Shown one piece after another: positions 1 through 13,553 of a DNA stretch of 64,000 nt. Source of the stretch: Convolutriloba macropyga (lineage: Eukaryota); contig NC_134473.1 in the NCBI RefSeq assembly GCF_964194025.1, positions 71,734,001 through 71,798,000 of the forward strand, read 5' to 3'. The notes under the pieces were generated by a model. The model made no database searches. It saw only the letters and a list, made by a program, of their open reading frames with translations, and was not told the DNA's origin. The translations under genes were made by a program, and so were the position numbers. Every line of letters starts with the position of its first letter. Within the stretch, counting starts at the first letter, position 1.

Positions 1-1030
1 TACTTCAATTTGACTTCAAAAATCATGAAAATGTGTGAACAGATCTTAAAAAAATATATAGCCGGAAGAATTCCGGAAACGACTCGATCGAGAAAATTAC
101 CCATACCTATGACTAAACAATTACAACTATTGTGAACCCCGAACCTCCACAAATGCCATAAAAAATTTGAGGAAGAGTTGAAACGGCATTCAAAAACCAA
201 AAACAAATTGAAAAAAACTAGAAAAACTAATGACTTTTTTAATAGTACAAGAAAACATAAAGCCGAACAAAGTTCCTTTGCAATTAAAGCAATGAAAAGC
301 TCGCAAAACACTGGCCCAGTCATAATAAGCTACGAAACTTGTCTAAGGTTAAAAAAAGGAAAACTGCAAAAACCTAATATGGTTTAAAATTTCTCAATTT
401 TTCTGTCAGTTTTCCTAAGAAAAGAATGATTTATACAAAGAAAACCTTAGCCAGTTGGTATCTGAATATTCTTCAAGTAACAAGCTTCTATTCAAATCCC
501 ACTTACAGCATTAAAACAAAAAACAGGCAAAAAATCATTAAATTGGGTCTAAAAATCAGCAAAACTGATCAAAAAACTCCAAATTAGCATTAAACTCAAA
601 TTAACTACTTGAAACCTTCAATTCCAATCGAAACAAGCCTAAAACTAATGCCATAATGTAATCAAACCTCATAAATATCAAAAGTTGCAAAAAACTGCTT
701 TTAAAAGCCGCAAGTGACCAAAAAAATTCGCTCGCTTAGAGAAAATTTTTTCACGTCAATTTCTCGCTCTCTTAAAAACAGCGGTGTGAACAAAAACCAC
801 TCTTTTCGCTCCGCTCTTCAATTTAGTTCAGCGCCAAATTCACTCCAAATTTTTTTACGCGTTTCGTTTCCCGCTTCAAAAATCACTCCAATAAAATTGA
901 TTAAAAAAAGGACTTCTCCATTACTCCTCTTCGAGTCGTAAAAAGACAGCGCCCCAATACAATTCAAATTCTTTGAATTGTAAAATAGGAGCGCTATAAT
1001 AGCCGGCTAAGAAGATGAGGGCGGCTATTA
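1..1030 (-). mobile_element. Triple-nested HINE/DINE-1-like Helentron stack: family C (about 55-939) inside family B (ends 982) inside family A1 (ends 1029)
   Basis: C has hairpin CCGGAA-gaa-TTCCGG (62-76) and subTIR ACGACTCGA / TCGAGTCGT. B end is AAATTCTTTGAATTGTA. A end is AATAGCCG...GGCGGCTATT. Confidence 0.75.
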
Positions 1031-2804
1031 ACAATAGACGAAAAGGAGTTCATGTTTGAGTATTTCAATGAATCATTCAGGTATCCGATCACTGGAGCTC
1101 CTTCGGTATTCGCGTACTCCACCCAATTCACTATTTCACCACTCATTGCTCGCAATCGTATAATAAAAGCTATCTCATCCTATTGGGTGACAATATTCGA
1201 TAACTTAAACCAAACATACGCCGTCTCCTAGCTCATTGGGTGAGGCAAAACCATATTCCATCGAGCGAAAGGTTTCCAAAAATACATTTTAATTCTGGCA
1301 CGCTTTTATGTGATAAAAATAGGATATGCTGTTGCAATGCATGCATGAACATTAATTTCTGTAACACCTCAATTTGCTGCAAAAAATATTTGCTCAAACG
1401 TCACCTAACTCTCTCATGCTATGCTACGGACCAGATTAAAAAGACGCGAGATAGAATGGTATGTTCTAAATAATTACATTAATAAACTACGGAAGTATTA
1501 TCATCAATAATTTACATTTGCATAAAAATAAAGTGAAGTGTGTGAAAAAGGAACGATGGATGAGATATAGTGAAGCGCAACTAAGGGCTTTGAAAGCAAT
1601 CTTGATGGAATCACTGAACTGAAAGGACAACACAACAACAGTCACAATATCATAAATGATCTCTTTAGTAACACTTCAGCACAAAATCCTGCAAATGATT
1701 TGCTTAAACATTGTCATTACTTGGCAAATTTCTGTTTTTACCGAGTATTTTGATTAGCAGAACTTGTCACACTTTTCCATCATATTATTAAAAAAGGTTC
1801 CAAATTGGCAGAAAATAATGAAAACCTAATTGGAAACTAAATGCAAAATGAAATACCTCGACTTATCAATTGGGGATTGAAAAAAAGATCTATTGTTTTG
1901 CCCCCTCCCGCTCCACCCCAATCGTGGGCATAAAACTTTAACTCCCCTGGGAGGATGCTCCATTTTAACATAGAAACGTGCTATATAACAATACATATTG
2001 AACCTTTAGGTAATGATCAGCACTGGGGTGGGTGGGGGGGGGGGGGGGGGGTGGATAGATACGATAACTTACAACAGAACTAGCCAAACCATGATTCAGA
2101 ATTGGAACTGCGCCCGCGGAATACAGCGAGAGTCGTAAAAGCAGTCACTTGCCAAGTAATGGTTCCAATTTAAAATCAAGTAGAGGGCTCGAATTTCAAA
2201 CAATTTCATATAGATGTCAATTTAAAAGTTGATAGAATTAAGGCACGTTAGAGAGAATCTTGGTAAAAAATGATCTAAAGTTGAATTCAGAAATCATCCC
2301 ATTTATTATTAACGAGTCACTATTTGAATTTGAGATTATGATCTTGACGATAGAGTTACGGAAGACAATTAAAAGAATTTATTTGGTTAATCACAAAAAT
2401 AGTAAATAGCATCTTTGATTTTATTAAATGTTCAGATAAGAATTCCCTGCGCCCATTGAAAATTGAGTATAAAAAAACTAAAATGCACCAGAATTAACTA
2501 AACTGAACTAAAAGGGTCCAAAAATGTAATGACATTCTTTCCTTATGACATATGCAGCCAAAAATGAAACTATAATGACGACAAATAATTCCTGTTTATT
2601 AAAAATGTTTCCGTTTTTTGAGTTAATGCCTTGTAACTACTGATCTTTATAATTTATAATTTTCACCAAGCATATTCTTTTATGTCCCAGATTCTAGTAG
2701 CGTTGAGATCAATTTTTTGGTAGTTATGACGCTGTAATCGTTTCAGCTTCAAGTATACTCAGCTTGAGCTTCAACCCGTTTCTCTGAGCAGTTCGAAAAT
2801 TTGA

Positions 2805-5257
2805 TCAGCAACTGACAATTTTGGCAGCATGATATACAACACTATCGTTGTCTTCGGCCTCCTCTTCCGTATCTGAGCCACTTTCATCCTCCTCGTCACT
2901 GAATTCGTCATCGTCAATCAGATCCAAATCCGCGTCATCGTCCAAAACAGCTCGAGTTGGTTGCCCAAGAGACGACTGCATAGCGAGCCACCTCGGGTCA
3001 ATGTTGTTGGCCAAAAAGGACGAAGGCAGTTCTGATGTATCTTCGTAGATACTTAACTGTGAACCTTTTTCGTCGTCAATAAAAGGAATACTCGGATTTG
3101 AACTGTTTGAGTCGGTAGATTCTTCGCTTCCAGTGTACGAAGATCTAACCGGACCTGGATATCCATATTCAAAACTTCCGCTGTGACGAAATGGAATTTG
3201 AGCGTAAAAGTCTGGGTTTCGAGAACTAGCACTTCTTCTTAGAATACTTCTCGTTGGCTGCTTGGCTAGTGACTGGGTGATCGCAGTTCGGATTTTGATC
3301 TCTCGCTCTTTTTCCTTTTCGGTTTGTTGAGAGTCATTCTCATAATGCAGATAGTCATCGTAAATGCTTTCAACAGAATGCTTACAAACATTTTCATTGA
3401 AAACAATTTTGTTCCGCTTACGCAGTTGTGCGTTAGAACTTACATCACTCTTCGAGCTCGGAGTATCGCTGCCTGAATTGAATGAATTGTCTTTAGAATT
3501 GGTGGCCAGCTCTTGAGCAACTGAACCCGCGGCTCCTTCGATGGGCAATTCATTTTGGATAGCAGGATCAGATCTGACTGATTTCTGCTCATTGCCATCG
3601 TTCAACTGGCTCTGAACAAATTCTTCCGCACTCAAAGTTGTAATAAATTCATCACCTTTGCCTGCATGTTCGTTCTCACCGTTTGCTGTTTCATTTTCGT
3701 GGTCGTCATTTTCGTAGTTATTATTATCACGCAGAGATTTTCCGTCTTTTGCACCGGTTGCAGCTTTGATTTCGTCCAAAGGCATGCTAGTCTTCATAGC
3801 CGGTGGTATGCCATTATAGTACTCGGTTCCGGGGATACTAGCTTCGGCATTGAAATAATTGTTGAACTGAGGCTGGATGTCTCGCTTCTCAACAGACCCA
3901 GTGCTCTCTGTTGAATTCTCCGCGTATACTGAGCTTGATATGCTTCCAGTGTTGTAGTTACTTTCGATGGAATCAAAGCTCTGATCTGTTTTCTGAGTTT
4001 TTCCACGTTGCATAGAGTTCTGAGCACCCTCCAGGTTGATATAAGACGACCCAGCTGCTGACGTAACGGGATAATTGTCTTGAGGTAAATTGGTAACTCT
4101 TTCCAAGCCCGATGTAGCAAAATCACTCGGTATTGGTTCAAGGTACTCCAAATTATTTGATGTCCTGAGAGCTTCTTCATTTTGAGGAATAACGAGAGGC
4201 TGCGGCGACGGTGCTTTGACAGGCTGGGGTTGAGCACTTTGTTTCTCAGCTTTAGGCTTCTTTCTGAAGAACGATAACCTGTCGGTTGCGGACCGGCTAC
4301 GAGACGTTACCTTGTCGGCCGATGGGTTCAAATTGGGGAATCTTTGTTTACCCTGAGACGATCCCGAACCCGTAAAAGTTCCAGTGCTACTTTTATCAGA
4401 ACTGGATCCTTTTGGCTTCCACAAAATATCTGTCCAGGTTGTTTTCTTGGACTTCTTTGATTTTGACGAGGTAGGATTCATGAAACTTGAAACCGGAGGC
4501 TGCGAGTTTACTGTAGGCATCAATTGAAGAGGCTGGGGTTTCCTCTGCAAGAAATCAGGTCTATTTTGGAACCTTGTTGGATCTGAGAATTGGTTCCGAT
4601 TCTGCGACATAATAACCATCTGATTTGGGAAACCTTGAGCTGGTAAGAAGGATCTGTCAATTATCAATTGAGGATCTTGATTGACAAAAGGAGCATTGGG
4701 TGGCTGATATCCCTGGATGCTATAGCCAAAATTTTGCTGCGCATATATTTGGTTGCTGTTGCTGTAATTCGGGTATCCCAAGTTATAAGTCGGGTCACTC
4801 ATTTGACTGAAAAGTAGAGGAGGGTGAGATCTTGAAGACATAATTGGATCTGAGTTTAACTCTGGCTCCTGATAAGGTGTCGGTATTGACTTCGGAATAC
4901 TGCTACTACTGCTGGACTCGGTTTGAGATGATGAGGGCAGAAATTGAGATGAGGTTGGAATGCTTGCTTGATGTTGGGGTTCTATAATGCTACTTTGGGT
5001 GCATGGCAAGTCGGTCTGGGATACGGTGGAGGAACCATCCTGAACAGAGGGCAGAGAATCCTCAGTATTTAGGTTGAACTGATCCTGATTATGGGTGCTG
5101 CTGACAGGAGTTAACACCGGTGCGGCTTCGTCCAGAGGAAGAATGTTCTGATCTTCATCTTCGTCCACTAAGGTCGAGTTGTTGCTCAGAGTGTCTAAGT
5201 CTTGGTTTGGTGGGGTGTCTTCTTTGTTAGAAATAGTGCTAGTCAAACTCTCTGCTC
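2805..5257 (-). CDS. Terminal coding exon (817 codons incl. stop, plus 2 nt) of a large multi-exon gene; low-complexity S/Q/N/P-rich protein with an acidic tail
   Basis: 838-aa open frame. Acceptor ttggtattttag|GA at 5258-5259 (phase 1) matches the phase of the 7624 donor. Stop TGA at 2805. AATAAA on the minus strand at about 2595-2600. Confidence 0.9.
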
Positions 5258-5986
5258 CTAAAATACCAAATTTGCTGAAACAAAATTTACCGACCATTTT
5301 TGCCCAACAGATTAAGAGCAAAATTGCATTAAATTTTTCCTATCAAGTCGCAGAAAACACTTTTTTTATATAAATGTTATTTGATAACTTTTTGAAAACA
5401 AATCTTTATTCTTAAGTCGAAAACAAATACATACATGGTTTCGGATGTGATTTTTACCTCATTGTTAATTAATGTTACGTATGTTGTGTGATTTTAATTT
5501 TTGTTAAGCATGTTAAGTTTGTTTTAATGGTTTTTAAGTTTGTTTGAATGCTTTTTAAGTTTGTTTGAATGGATGCACCATTTGGTTGTAATTTTAATTT
5601 ACTTGTTTTAAATCCTGATCATGATAAAGGGAAAACAGAATCTTTGCGATTGACAGGCATTTTTGCAATTTTACACGACATATAATGGTCAGGCGACACT
5701 GTGATTTCCATTGAGATAAGCAATACACAAGTTCATTTGCACAGTTGAATCTCTCTTCACACTTCCATAACCAAAAATATGTGATCAAGCTTGATCCCGC
5801 TTATAACTTCCGTTGTAACCTGCTGTTTTGAAAGCTTGAATTGCTGACGTCACCATGACAAACCATTATCAATCGAAGCATTACATTTGCTTACTATAGT
5901 TCCGCTACAATATTCAGAATTTGACAATTCCGCTACAAAATTGAAGTTTTCACAATAACAACTGTTGTTAGCAAAGTAGCATGTAG

Positions 5987-7469
5987 AAACATAGCCGGCA
6001 GATTGCCGGAATAGCTGCGAAAGAATAGAACTGCGTGCCATATAATGGAGATAGAAACAGATACAGATCTAAATTGAAAAAATTCGACGCCGCTCAAAAA
6101 ACTAGGTAAAAAACATTCAGCGATAAATTAATAAAGCTTGTTAAAATTCATTCCGGGGAAGCCTCTTATTAGGGACCTTTACTGCACAAATGAGTTCCTT
6201 TGACCTTAAAGAAATTCAAACTAAACTTAAGTTTTAAAGCGCAAAAGTCATTTTATTGAGTGAGGTAAGGCACGTATGATCAAAAACTAATCACGCAAAT
6301 AACCTAAAAAATTTTGCTTAAGCGAGTGAGAAATGACGTCACGCGCGCAAATGCCGTTAGTGAGAGGAAGAAGTCATTCAGAAAATTTGACTTTTTCAGC
6401 TTTGCTGTGTGAACAAATGTAAAACGAAAAAAGAGCGTCAGACGACGAAACAAAAAAACGTAGCAGGACAAGCCCTGACGTACAAATCAAAGAATTTTCA
6501 TTGACCAGACAAACAATTAGACCCAGAACAGACTATGGGAATACCATTAGGGAAAACCATTTCTAAAAAATCAGTTGAAAAAATTTAAAAAAAAACAGAA
6601 AATCGATGTCAAACTGCCGCATGTGAACAAAAACCAAAAGCGAGAAATAGAAATTTGGTTCAAACAAAAAACTAGGCCTAGAATGAACTATTAATGGATT
6701 GGGAAAACCACTGAGAAAAAAAATCCGATCCAAAAAATCGAAAAAACAGTAAAAATCAGAGCGAAACTGCCGCATGTGAACAAAAAACCACTAGCGAGAA
6801 AGCGAATTTTTGTTCAAACACCGTTTTCTCACTCTACTTCAAATTTAGAGCAAAAAATTTCATGTCTCAAAACCACTCGCTTTTTCGCTCCATTTCCTGT
6901 TTCGGCGTGACCAAAATCACTACTCCAGACTTCAAAAATCATGAAAATGTGTGAAGAGATCTTAAAAAAACATAGCCGGAAGAATTCCGGAAACGACTCC
7001 AAGGAGAAAATTGCCCATAATTATGACTAAACAACTGGAACAACTATTGTGAACCCTAAACCTCCACAAAAGCAAAAAACTGCTTTTAAAAGCCGCACGT
7101 GAACAAAAAAACTTCGCTCGCTTAGAGAAAATTTTTTTCACACATCAATTTCTCGCCTTCTCAAAAACAGCGGTATGAACAAAAACCACTCTTTTCACTC
7201 CGCTCTTCACTTTTGTTCAGCTCCAAAATCACTCAATTTTTTTCACGCGTTTCATTTCCGGCTTCAAAAATCACTCCAATAAAATTGATTTAAAAAAAGG
7301 ACTTCACCAATGCTCCTCTTCGAGTCGTAATAATAATAAAAATGACTTCTCTAATACTCTCTTCGAGTCGTAAAAAGACAGCGCCCCGATACAATTCAAA
7401 TTCTTTGAATTGTAAAAAACCAAGAGCACCGCAATATAGCTTTGCTCAGCTTACAGCTTCGCAGCTGTA
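5987..7469 (-). mobile_element. Complete triple nest: HINE-A2 (5987-7469) containing HINE-B (about 6457-7414) containing HINE-C (about 6968-7371)
   Basis: Three terminal hairpins on the left (CCGGCAgatTGCCGG, CAGGACaaGCCCTG, CCGGAAgaaTTCCGG) are closed in reverse order by their matching subTIRs on the right. Confidence 0.8.
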
Positions 7470-7623
7470 AATAATCCCGCAAGCTTCGAATTTAGTAAGA
7501 CATTTTAGCATCGCAGATTATGCAATTGAAGCTGTCAGCAAAAAGTACAAACTAAAATTTAAAGATCAATCCATTTAAACAGCTATCATCATAATCAGCA
7601 GTGAATGATTAAACAACGCTCAC

Positions 7624-7765
7624 CCAGGCTCGTTGGTCTGGAGTGAGGTTGGTCAGCTGAACCATCAGTGCGGTCTTCTCTTTTGGAGTCGAGCGGTAGT
7701 TGTCTGATGTGATTTTCACTACCACTGATACTTGTTGTCACACTCACACTCTGATCATCATCGGC
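7624..7765 (-). CDS. Internal exon (ADDDQSVSVTTS...RPTSLG)
   Basis: aaatttag|GCC acceptor, G|GTGAGC donor, 142 nt, phase 0 to 1, open frame, joins both neighbours in frame. Confidence 0.85.
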
Positions 7766-8822
7766 CTAAATTTAATATTCAATGGTTCCGTATAATAGTT
7801 TCGCACCATCTGACTTTTCTCAAAGATATGACAGAAGAATTCCTCTCTATGTGTCAGGTATTACGGCTACATGCCATACAAAACGTCAAATATAATATGC
7901 CAAAATACAGGAGTCATTTTTACCAGATGATGAGTAAATTGATTCTGCAAATCATGTGTTCAGAAATCCGATATCAAAATCCGATCATTAAAAAGCAGCT
8001 TATATACATTTTTTCTTACCAAGACGCCTTTTTAATAACCCGCTCGTTACACAGGTGTCATTAACCACTCTAGCTCACCTCAATTTTGAAAAGTTAACAG
8101 TCGACTGACGATTGTAAGAAACGTCATTCATGATAAAAAAGATACTCAGGTCACCATTAACAAAAACCGTATCAAAAACAACCTTAAATTTCTAAAATTG
8201 TGGTAGAAATATAAGCGTACAAGTTGTTTAGACGACAAAAAATGAGAAATTTAGCCTAGCCGACAGTTTTATTCTAATTGATTAACAAGTCTCATTAGTT
8301 GATAAATCACTAGTTCGCTGGACCATTATCTCCAGTCGGCCTCTCCGTGACCGGGCGGTGCAGCCGTGGATAGACCTAAATTGACAGAGTGCGCCGTTAT
8401 ATTTCGCCTCTTATAATAATAATTTTTGTTTCTGCGCATGAGATCTTCAGCTCAATAACAGTAGTGAGTTCTCAGTTGTCTTTTAACATCATTCCCCACA
8501 TTTTTAGAGCATGTAAGCATTTTTTGTGACGCCGGAAATTTCTTAAATAATAAATTTAAATGTGCTACTATAGCCGAGATTGGCTAGTCTAAGGTCAAAC
8601 TGTAGCAAGGGTGAGCGCTCAACCTCACCCAGATGGGTTCACGGAGGCAGGGGATTGAACTATCGACCATTGGCATGTGAACCACACAACTAACCTCTCG
8701 GTCGTTCTTAAGAAATAACGTCAAACTTCGTTTGACAGCAATAAATTAACTCGAAGGTTAAGGGTAGTCCACCAGAAGTACGGGCAACTGATAACACTCA
8801 TTGCAATTGAAACAAGCAAAGA

Positions 8823-9892
8823 AAAACATAGCTGGCAGATTGCCAGAAAATAGCCGCAGTAGCTTCGTAGATCTGCAGTCTCAAAAAAAACAGTAAAAGA
8901 CAGACCAAAAAAATAGTCTTTTCATTGAATGCTGATATGTTATATTTTGATTAAAAATCTGCATGTTCTTGCTGCCTCTATTAACTGCTCTCAAATACCC
9001 TTCAATTAGAGTGACACCCACCCATTTGACCTTATCTCTTTGAATTAAAGTAAATAAACGTCAATTTCAAAATGAGGAAGTCATTTTTGAGAGTGAGGTA
9101 AGTCAAGTCTGACCAAAAAATTAATCACGCGAATGAACAAAAAAATTCGCTCCACTAAGAGCGAAAAATGACATCACGCACGCACTTCAGTTGAAATTGC
9201 ATGAACGAATGAACAAAAGGCAGATTTGAAGTGGTTGTGACGTCAAATGGTCGTAACAAAAATCTTGACGGCGAACTAAAAAACATAACAGGACAGGTCC
9301 TGATGTACAATTCAAAGAAGTTTCATTGACAAAACAAAAAACTAGACCTAGAGTGGACTATGAGTGAATTGGGAAAACCAATTCTAAAAAAAATCAGATA
9401 AAAAATTTAAAAAAAAAACAGAAAATCAATCTCAAAATGCTTCATGTAAACTAAAAACCACTAGCGAGAAATGGACTTTTTGGTTCATACAAAAAACTAG
9501 GCCCAGAATGAACTATTAATGGATTGGGAAAACCACTTAGAAAAAAAATTCGGTACAAAAAATTTAAAAACAGTAAAAATCGAAGTGAAATTGCCGCATG
9601 TGAACAAAAAGCAACTAGCGAAAAAGCGAATGTTTGTTCAAAAACCGTTTTCTCACTCTACTTTAAAATTAGAGCAAAAAAATCACGCCGCAAAATCACA
9701 CGTTTTTTCAATCCACTTCCTGTTTCGGCGTGACCGAAATCACTACTCCAATTTGAATTCAAAAATCATGAAAAAGTGTGAACAGATCTTAAAAAAAAGA
9801 CAGAGCCCCAATACAATTCAAATTCTTTGAATTGTAGAAAACCAAGAGAAGACCGATAATAGCCCAGCCCCAGCTGTCGCTGTGCGGCTATT
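8823..9892 (-). mobile_element. HINE-A3 containing HINE-B (about 9281-9835)
   Basis: Hairpin CTGGCAgatTGCCAG; subTIR AATAGCCGCA / TGCGGCTATT. The inner B copy has an empty C site (cagatcttaaaaaaaagacag). Confidence 0.75.
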
Positions 9893-9897
9893 AATAA

Positions 9898-10436
9898 AAA
9901 CATAGCCGAAAGATTGCCGGAAAAAAGCCTACGTTGACGCTCTTATGCACATCGGGATTGAAACAAAAAAAAGTTTTTTTTTCAGTGTCAAAAAGTGTCC
10001 TAATTTTCTGTTTTTCTGTTTTTTTTCAGTGTCAAAAAGTGTTCTAATTTGTCGTGCAGTTTCAGTTGGATTCTAAAACTATAAATCATTCAGCTGCTAA
10101 AATCAAAGCTAATAAGCTTAATACCAATGTCAGCTAGCAAACACTCCAATGGACTTTGTTAACCTAACTCTCAAGGATTTAATGACCGGGCTTTATCGGT
10201 TTATCCCGTCTCCTTTGATTTTGGTCTTTTGACTTTGACAGTATTCACCACATTGCGTAATTGAATGACTGAAAGATTTTAAAATCCATTCAGTTGAAGC
10301 AGTGAGTGAAGTAAGTCAGAAGTCAAACGTGAAAATCGGGACTTGTGTAAAACGAAAAACGCTATCAAAAGGTAAAGCAAATTAAAAAAAAAGAGCGCCT
10401 AAATATTAGCCGTCGAGAGGCTGACGGCAGGTATTA
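9898..10436 (-). mobile_element. HINE-A4 (second copy at about 47626-48136; fragment at about 19920-20080)
   Basis: Same AACATAG+hairpin terminus; colinear homology with 47626-48136. Confidence 0.7.
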
Positions 10437-10449
10437 ACAAACCGGTAAA

Positions 10450-10825
10450 AACAAACCGTCGGACAAATTGCTATCGAACAACAGTCAGAGCAATTTAATT
10501 TAATCAGAGGGGGCATTAGCCTAGATAAAATTTTATGGGTCAAAAACATTGACCAAGGAGGGGTTTGAACACGCCACCTCAGGAGTAAGATACGTAATCA
10601 TTAACCACTTGGATACAAGGGTCCTGCTTTTTCTGATCCTACAACCGCTCTTGTTTTGGCAACATAAAAAATTGCTGTAGGTCACGCAACAATCAAAAAG
10701 TCATACTCGAAAAGTCACTCGAGAAGTGAAATCCAAAGAAGTTCTAGAACAAAAAAGTCGCGCAAAATTTTACATTTAGACACACGTTTATAATAATTGA
10801 TTCAAACTTCGCTCGAGAGCAATAA
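10450..10825 (-). mobile_element. HINE-D subfamily carrying an internal tRNA-like segment (10551-10623)
   Basis: subTIR AATTGCTATCGAAC / GCTCGAGAGCAAT; homologous to 55988-56374. Confidence 0.6.
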
Positions 10826-12169
10826 ATAAAGCGAATATTATACTTAATTTGAGCAAAAAGATACTTAACTTGCCAAAAGATACGGACTTGATAATTTAAT
10901 GCCTGGTGCACAACGTTATCGTCACAGAACGTGGTCGATCTATCCTCGTCTCTTTTATTGCCATCTTTTCCCCGCTTTAGCACTGAATTATTTTTCACTA
11001 GGCGACAGCAATTTTTATACACATTAGGCCGAAATTTTTGACTTAGATTTGTGGAAAGTAGGCGACCACCAATTAAAAAAAACTTGAACGGGGGGTACAA
11101 AGTGATGAAATGTCCTAACATTCACAAGAAAATTTGTCCGTTACACCCTAACATTTGTCTTCACTAGAAAATGCCTTACAAAAAAGTGAAAAGCTTTTTC
11201 AAAGTTTTAAGCATGTTTATCGACCCAGTTCAAACCAATTCGGCAGTTTTCATATTATTGCATTGCCCAATGGCTCAATAGACTTTAACTGAATAAGTTT
11301 CTTATTTTACACGTACTCTATTTTATATTTTTTGCTGTTAATTTGATCAAAACTTGGGGGCATGACACCATCGAAGAGTGGAAATAAGGAACAAAGTTTA
11401 GGAAAATAAACTTTACTTGTAGTTTTCTAACTCATTTACATGAGGAAGCAGCTGTTAGGGACATACACTTAATATTGACAAGTAAATTTTCAAGTTCTTT
11501 TTTTAAAAGTTGGCCTAATTTCCACAAAATTGTACAAAAATTTAAATAGTCTCAAACGCCTCGTCCAAACCATTTGCAAGTGAACTGCTGGCTGAAGCAA
11601 TTCCTATGTCACATATGTAGAATTGAACTGTACCAAAATCAAGCACAAAGCGCAAGGGATTTTTAACGAAAAACATAGCCAAACGAAATTCCGAAACACC
11701 GGGAACTAAAAGAACTAAGATTTTATACAAAACCCAAGATTGATCATAACGTGCTATTCATCAAAATGAACTGATACATCTCGCACACTATATTGCCCCG
11801 CTTAAAAATTTAGAAGATTAATTTAGATAACACAGAATTCAAGCACAAATTCGTAAACAGATTATTGGCGAAAAAACCAAAAAATCGGGGGAGAAATAGA
11901 TAACATGAAATTATTGCCACATATAACCTCAAGGTCCCGAAACTACAACTTCGTTTAAGCGAAATTAAAACATCACTCCGCTGTCAACGTGATATAATAT
12001 TTAAAGAACTTTTGATTCCAAATCCGGAAGTACAATTTTTCATGCCACATCTCAGAAAATATAATTAAAATAGACGGACCGAAACCATTTCGATCATTAA
12101 GCTCCTTTGCTGACATCGCTCTAAAATTATTTTGGAATTTGAAGAACCAATTAAGCAATATGATCGAAC

Positions 12170-12288
12170 CTGAGTAACGACATCGCTGTTGAAAATTGAG
12201 TTAGTAGGAGTAACCGCTTCTTGGTTGCTGTTCTTTCTACTGGTATTTGGGCCGCCACCAGTGTTCATGTAGAAGGCATCCGGCCAAC
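12170..12288 (-). CDS. Internal exon (WPDAFYMNTGGG...DVVTQ)
   Basis: ttttttattcag|GT acceptor, CAG|GTTCGA donor, 119 nt, phase 1 to 0. Confidence 0.8.
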
Positions 12289-13130
12289 CTGAATAAAAAA
12301 AAACACTAGACTAAGACAAGTGGCAAAAATTCAATCAGGCAATTGATTTGTTGAAGACGGCTGAAATGCAAATGGTCATAAGGTCTTTTAAGATCCGATC
12401 AGAAACTTGCATCACTTTTACATTTTAATTAACCCCTTGAAGTAAAAAAAACCCACCTTGCAAGCAAATAGATATCCATTTATCATGCAATATCCAAGAT
12501 GGCTGCATTTGACAAGAATCTTGTAGAAAAGAAAGCATCTTCTAGGCTTAAAAATCTACATGGGCTGGCTATATCTAATAACATTTTTTTAGCAAGCAAT
12601 CATACCGCCAAAGCGAAGAATATTATTCGTCACCATAGTGTTAACACATAACTAGTCTGGGAAAATTTTGCACTAAATTTTGATTGAAAACATTGCTGTA
12701 ACTCGTTTACGAGGATGCAAAACAAACAGTCTAAACAAGGCCGTTCCGAACTGCAATGTGCGTTGGCATAAAGTTCCATTCCTGCGTATGACAAGCACCC
12801 GAACATGAAAACGTGAATATCTATAGATATTTAAAGAGTCTACAAAAAGAGCAGCTGATTAGTCATTAAATCATTTCAAGTTCCATGCATCCCTATGATT
12901 GTTGCATCGTAATAGAAACTCAGTCTCAGCATCAGCAACTAAGTTTGAAAATAGCCTATCAAAAAATGATCGAGGAGAAGTCAGCTTGCATTGTTCTATG
13001 TAAACATTGAAGTCAATAAAGGAAAAAATTCTCAACTCAAAAAACAAAAGTAAGAAAAATTATTGTTTCGAATTTATCTAGAATAATCGAAATAACTGGA
13101 ACTATTGTTAAAGATTTTACATAGATTAGA

Positions 13131-13309
13131 NNNNNNNNNNNNNNNNNNNNNNNNNNNNNNNNNNNNNNNNNNNNNNNNNNNNNNNNNNNNNNNNNNNNNN
13201 NNNNNNNNNNNNNNNNNNNNNNNNNNNNNNNNNNNNNNNNNNNNNNNNNNNNNNNNNNNNNNNNNNNNNNNNNNNNNNNNNNNNNNNNNNNNNNNNNNNN
13301 NNNNNNNNN
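13131..13309. other. Assembly gap (N run)
   Basis: N bases. The gap sits where the (TA)n-containing part of the BEL LTR would be expected. Confidence 0.99.
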
Positions 13310-13553
13310 AAATTCTGTATAGGTTTTTGTTACAGTTTCTTTTATACAGTTGTTTTTATTACATATTTGCGGGTAACCATTTTCAACTTGTTCAAGGACT
13401 TGAGTCAAGTTTTCATGCGCTGTCCCTCTTGACTTAAATGTTACACATTATGCTCCAAGAAGAACAGGAGGCCAGCAACACTTGGAGAGGTTGTCGAAGA
13501 GGGAGTAGCCCAAGTTGCCTAGAAGCGGTTACGTGAAATATCATAGAAGGGGA

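Noticed and set aside
5258-5321. N-terminal MLLICWAKMVGKFCFSKFGIL of the 838-aa ORF as a real start or signal peptide
   Set aside because: It is intron sequence upstream of a phase-compatible acceptor at 5258.
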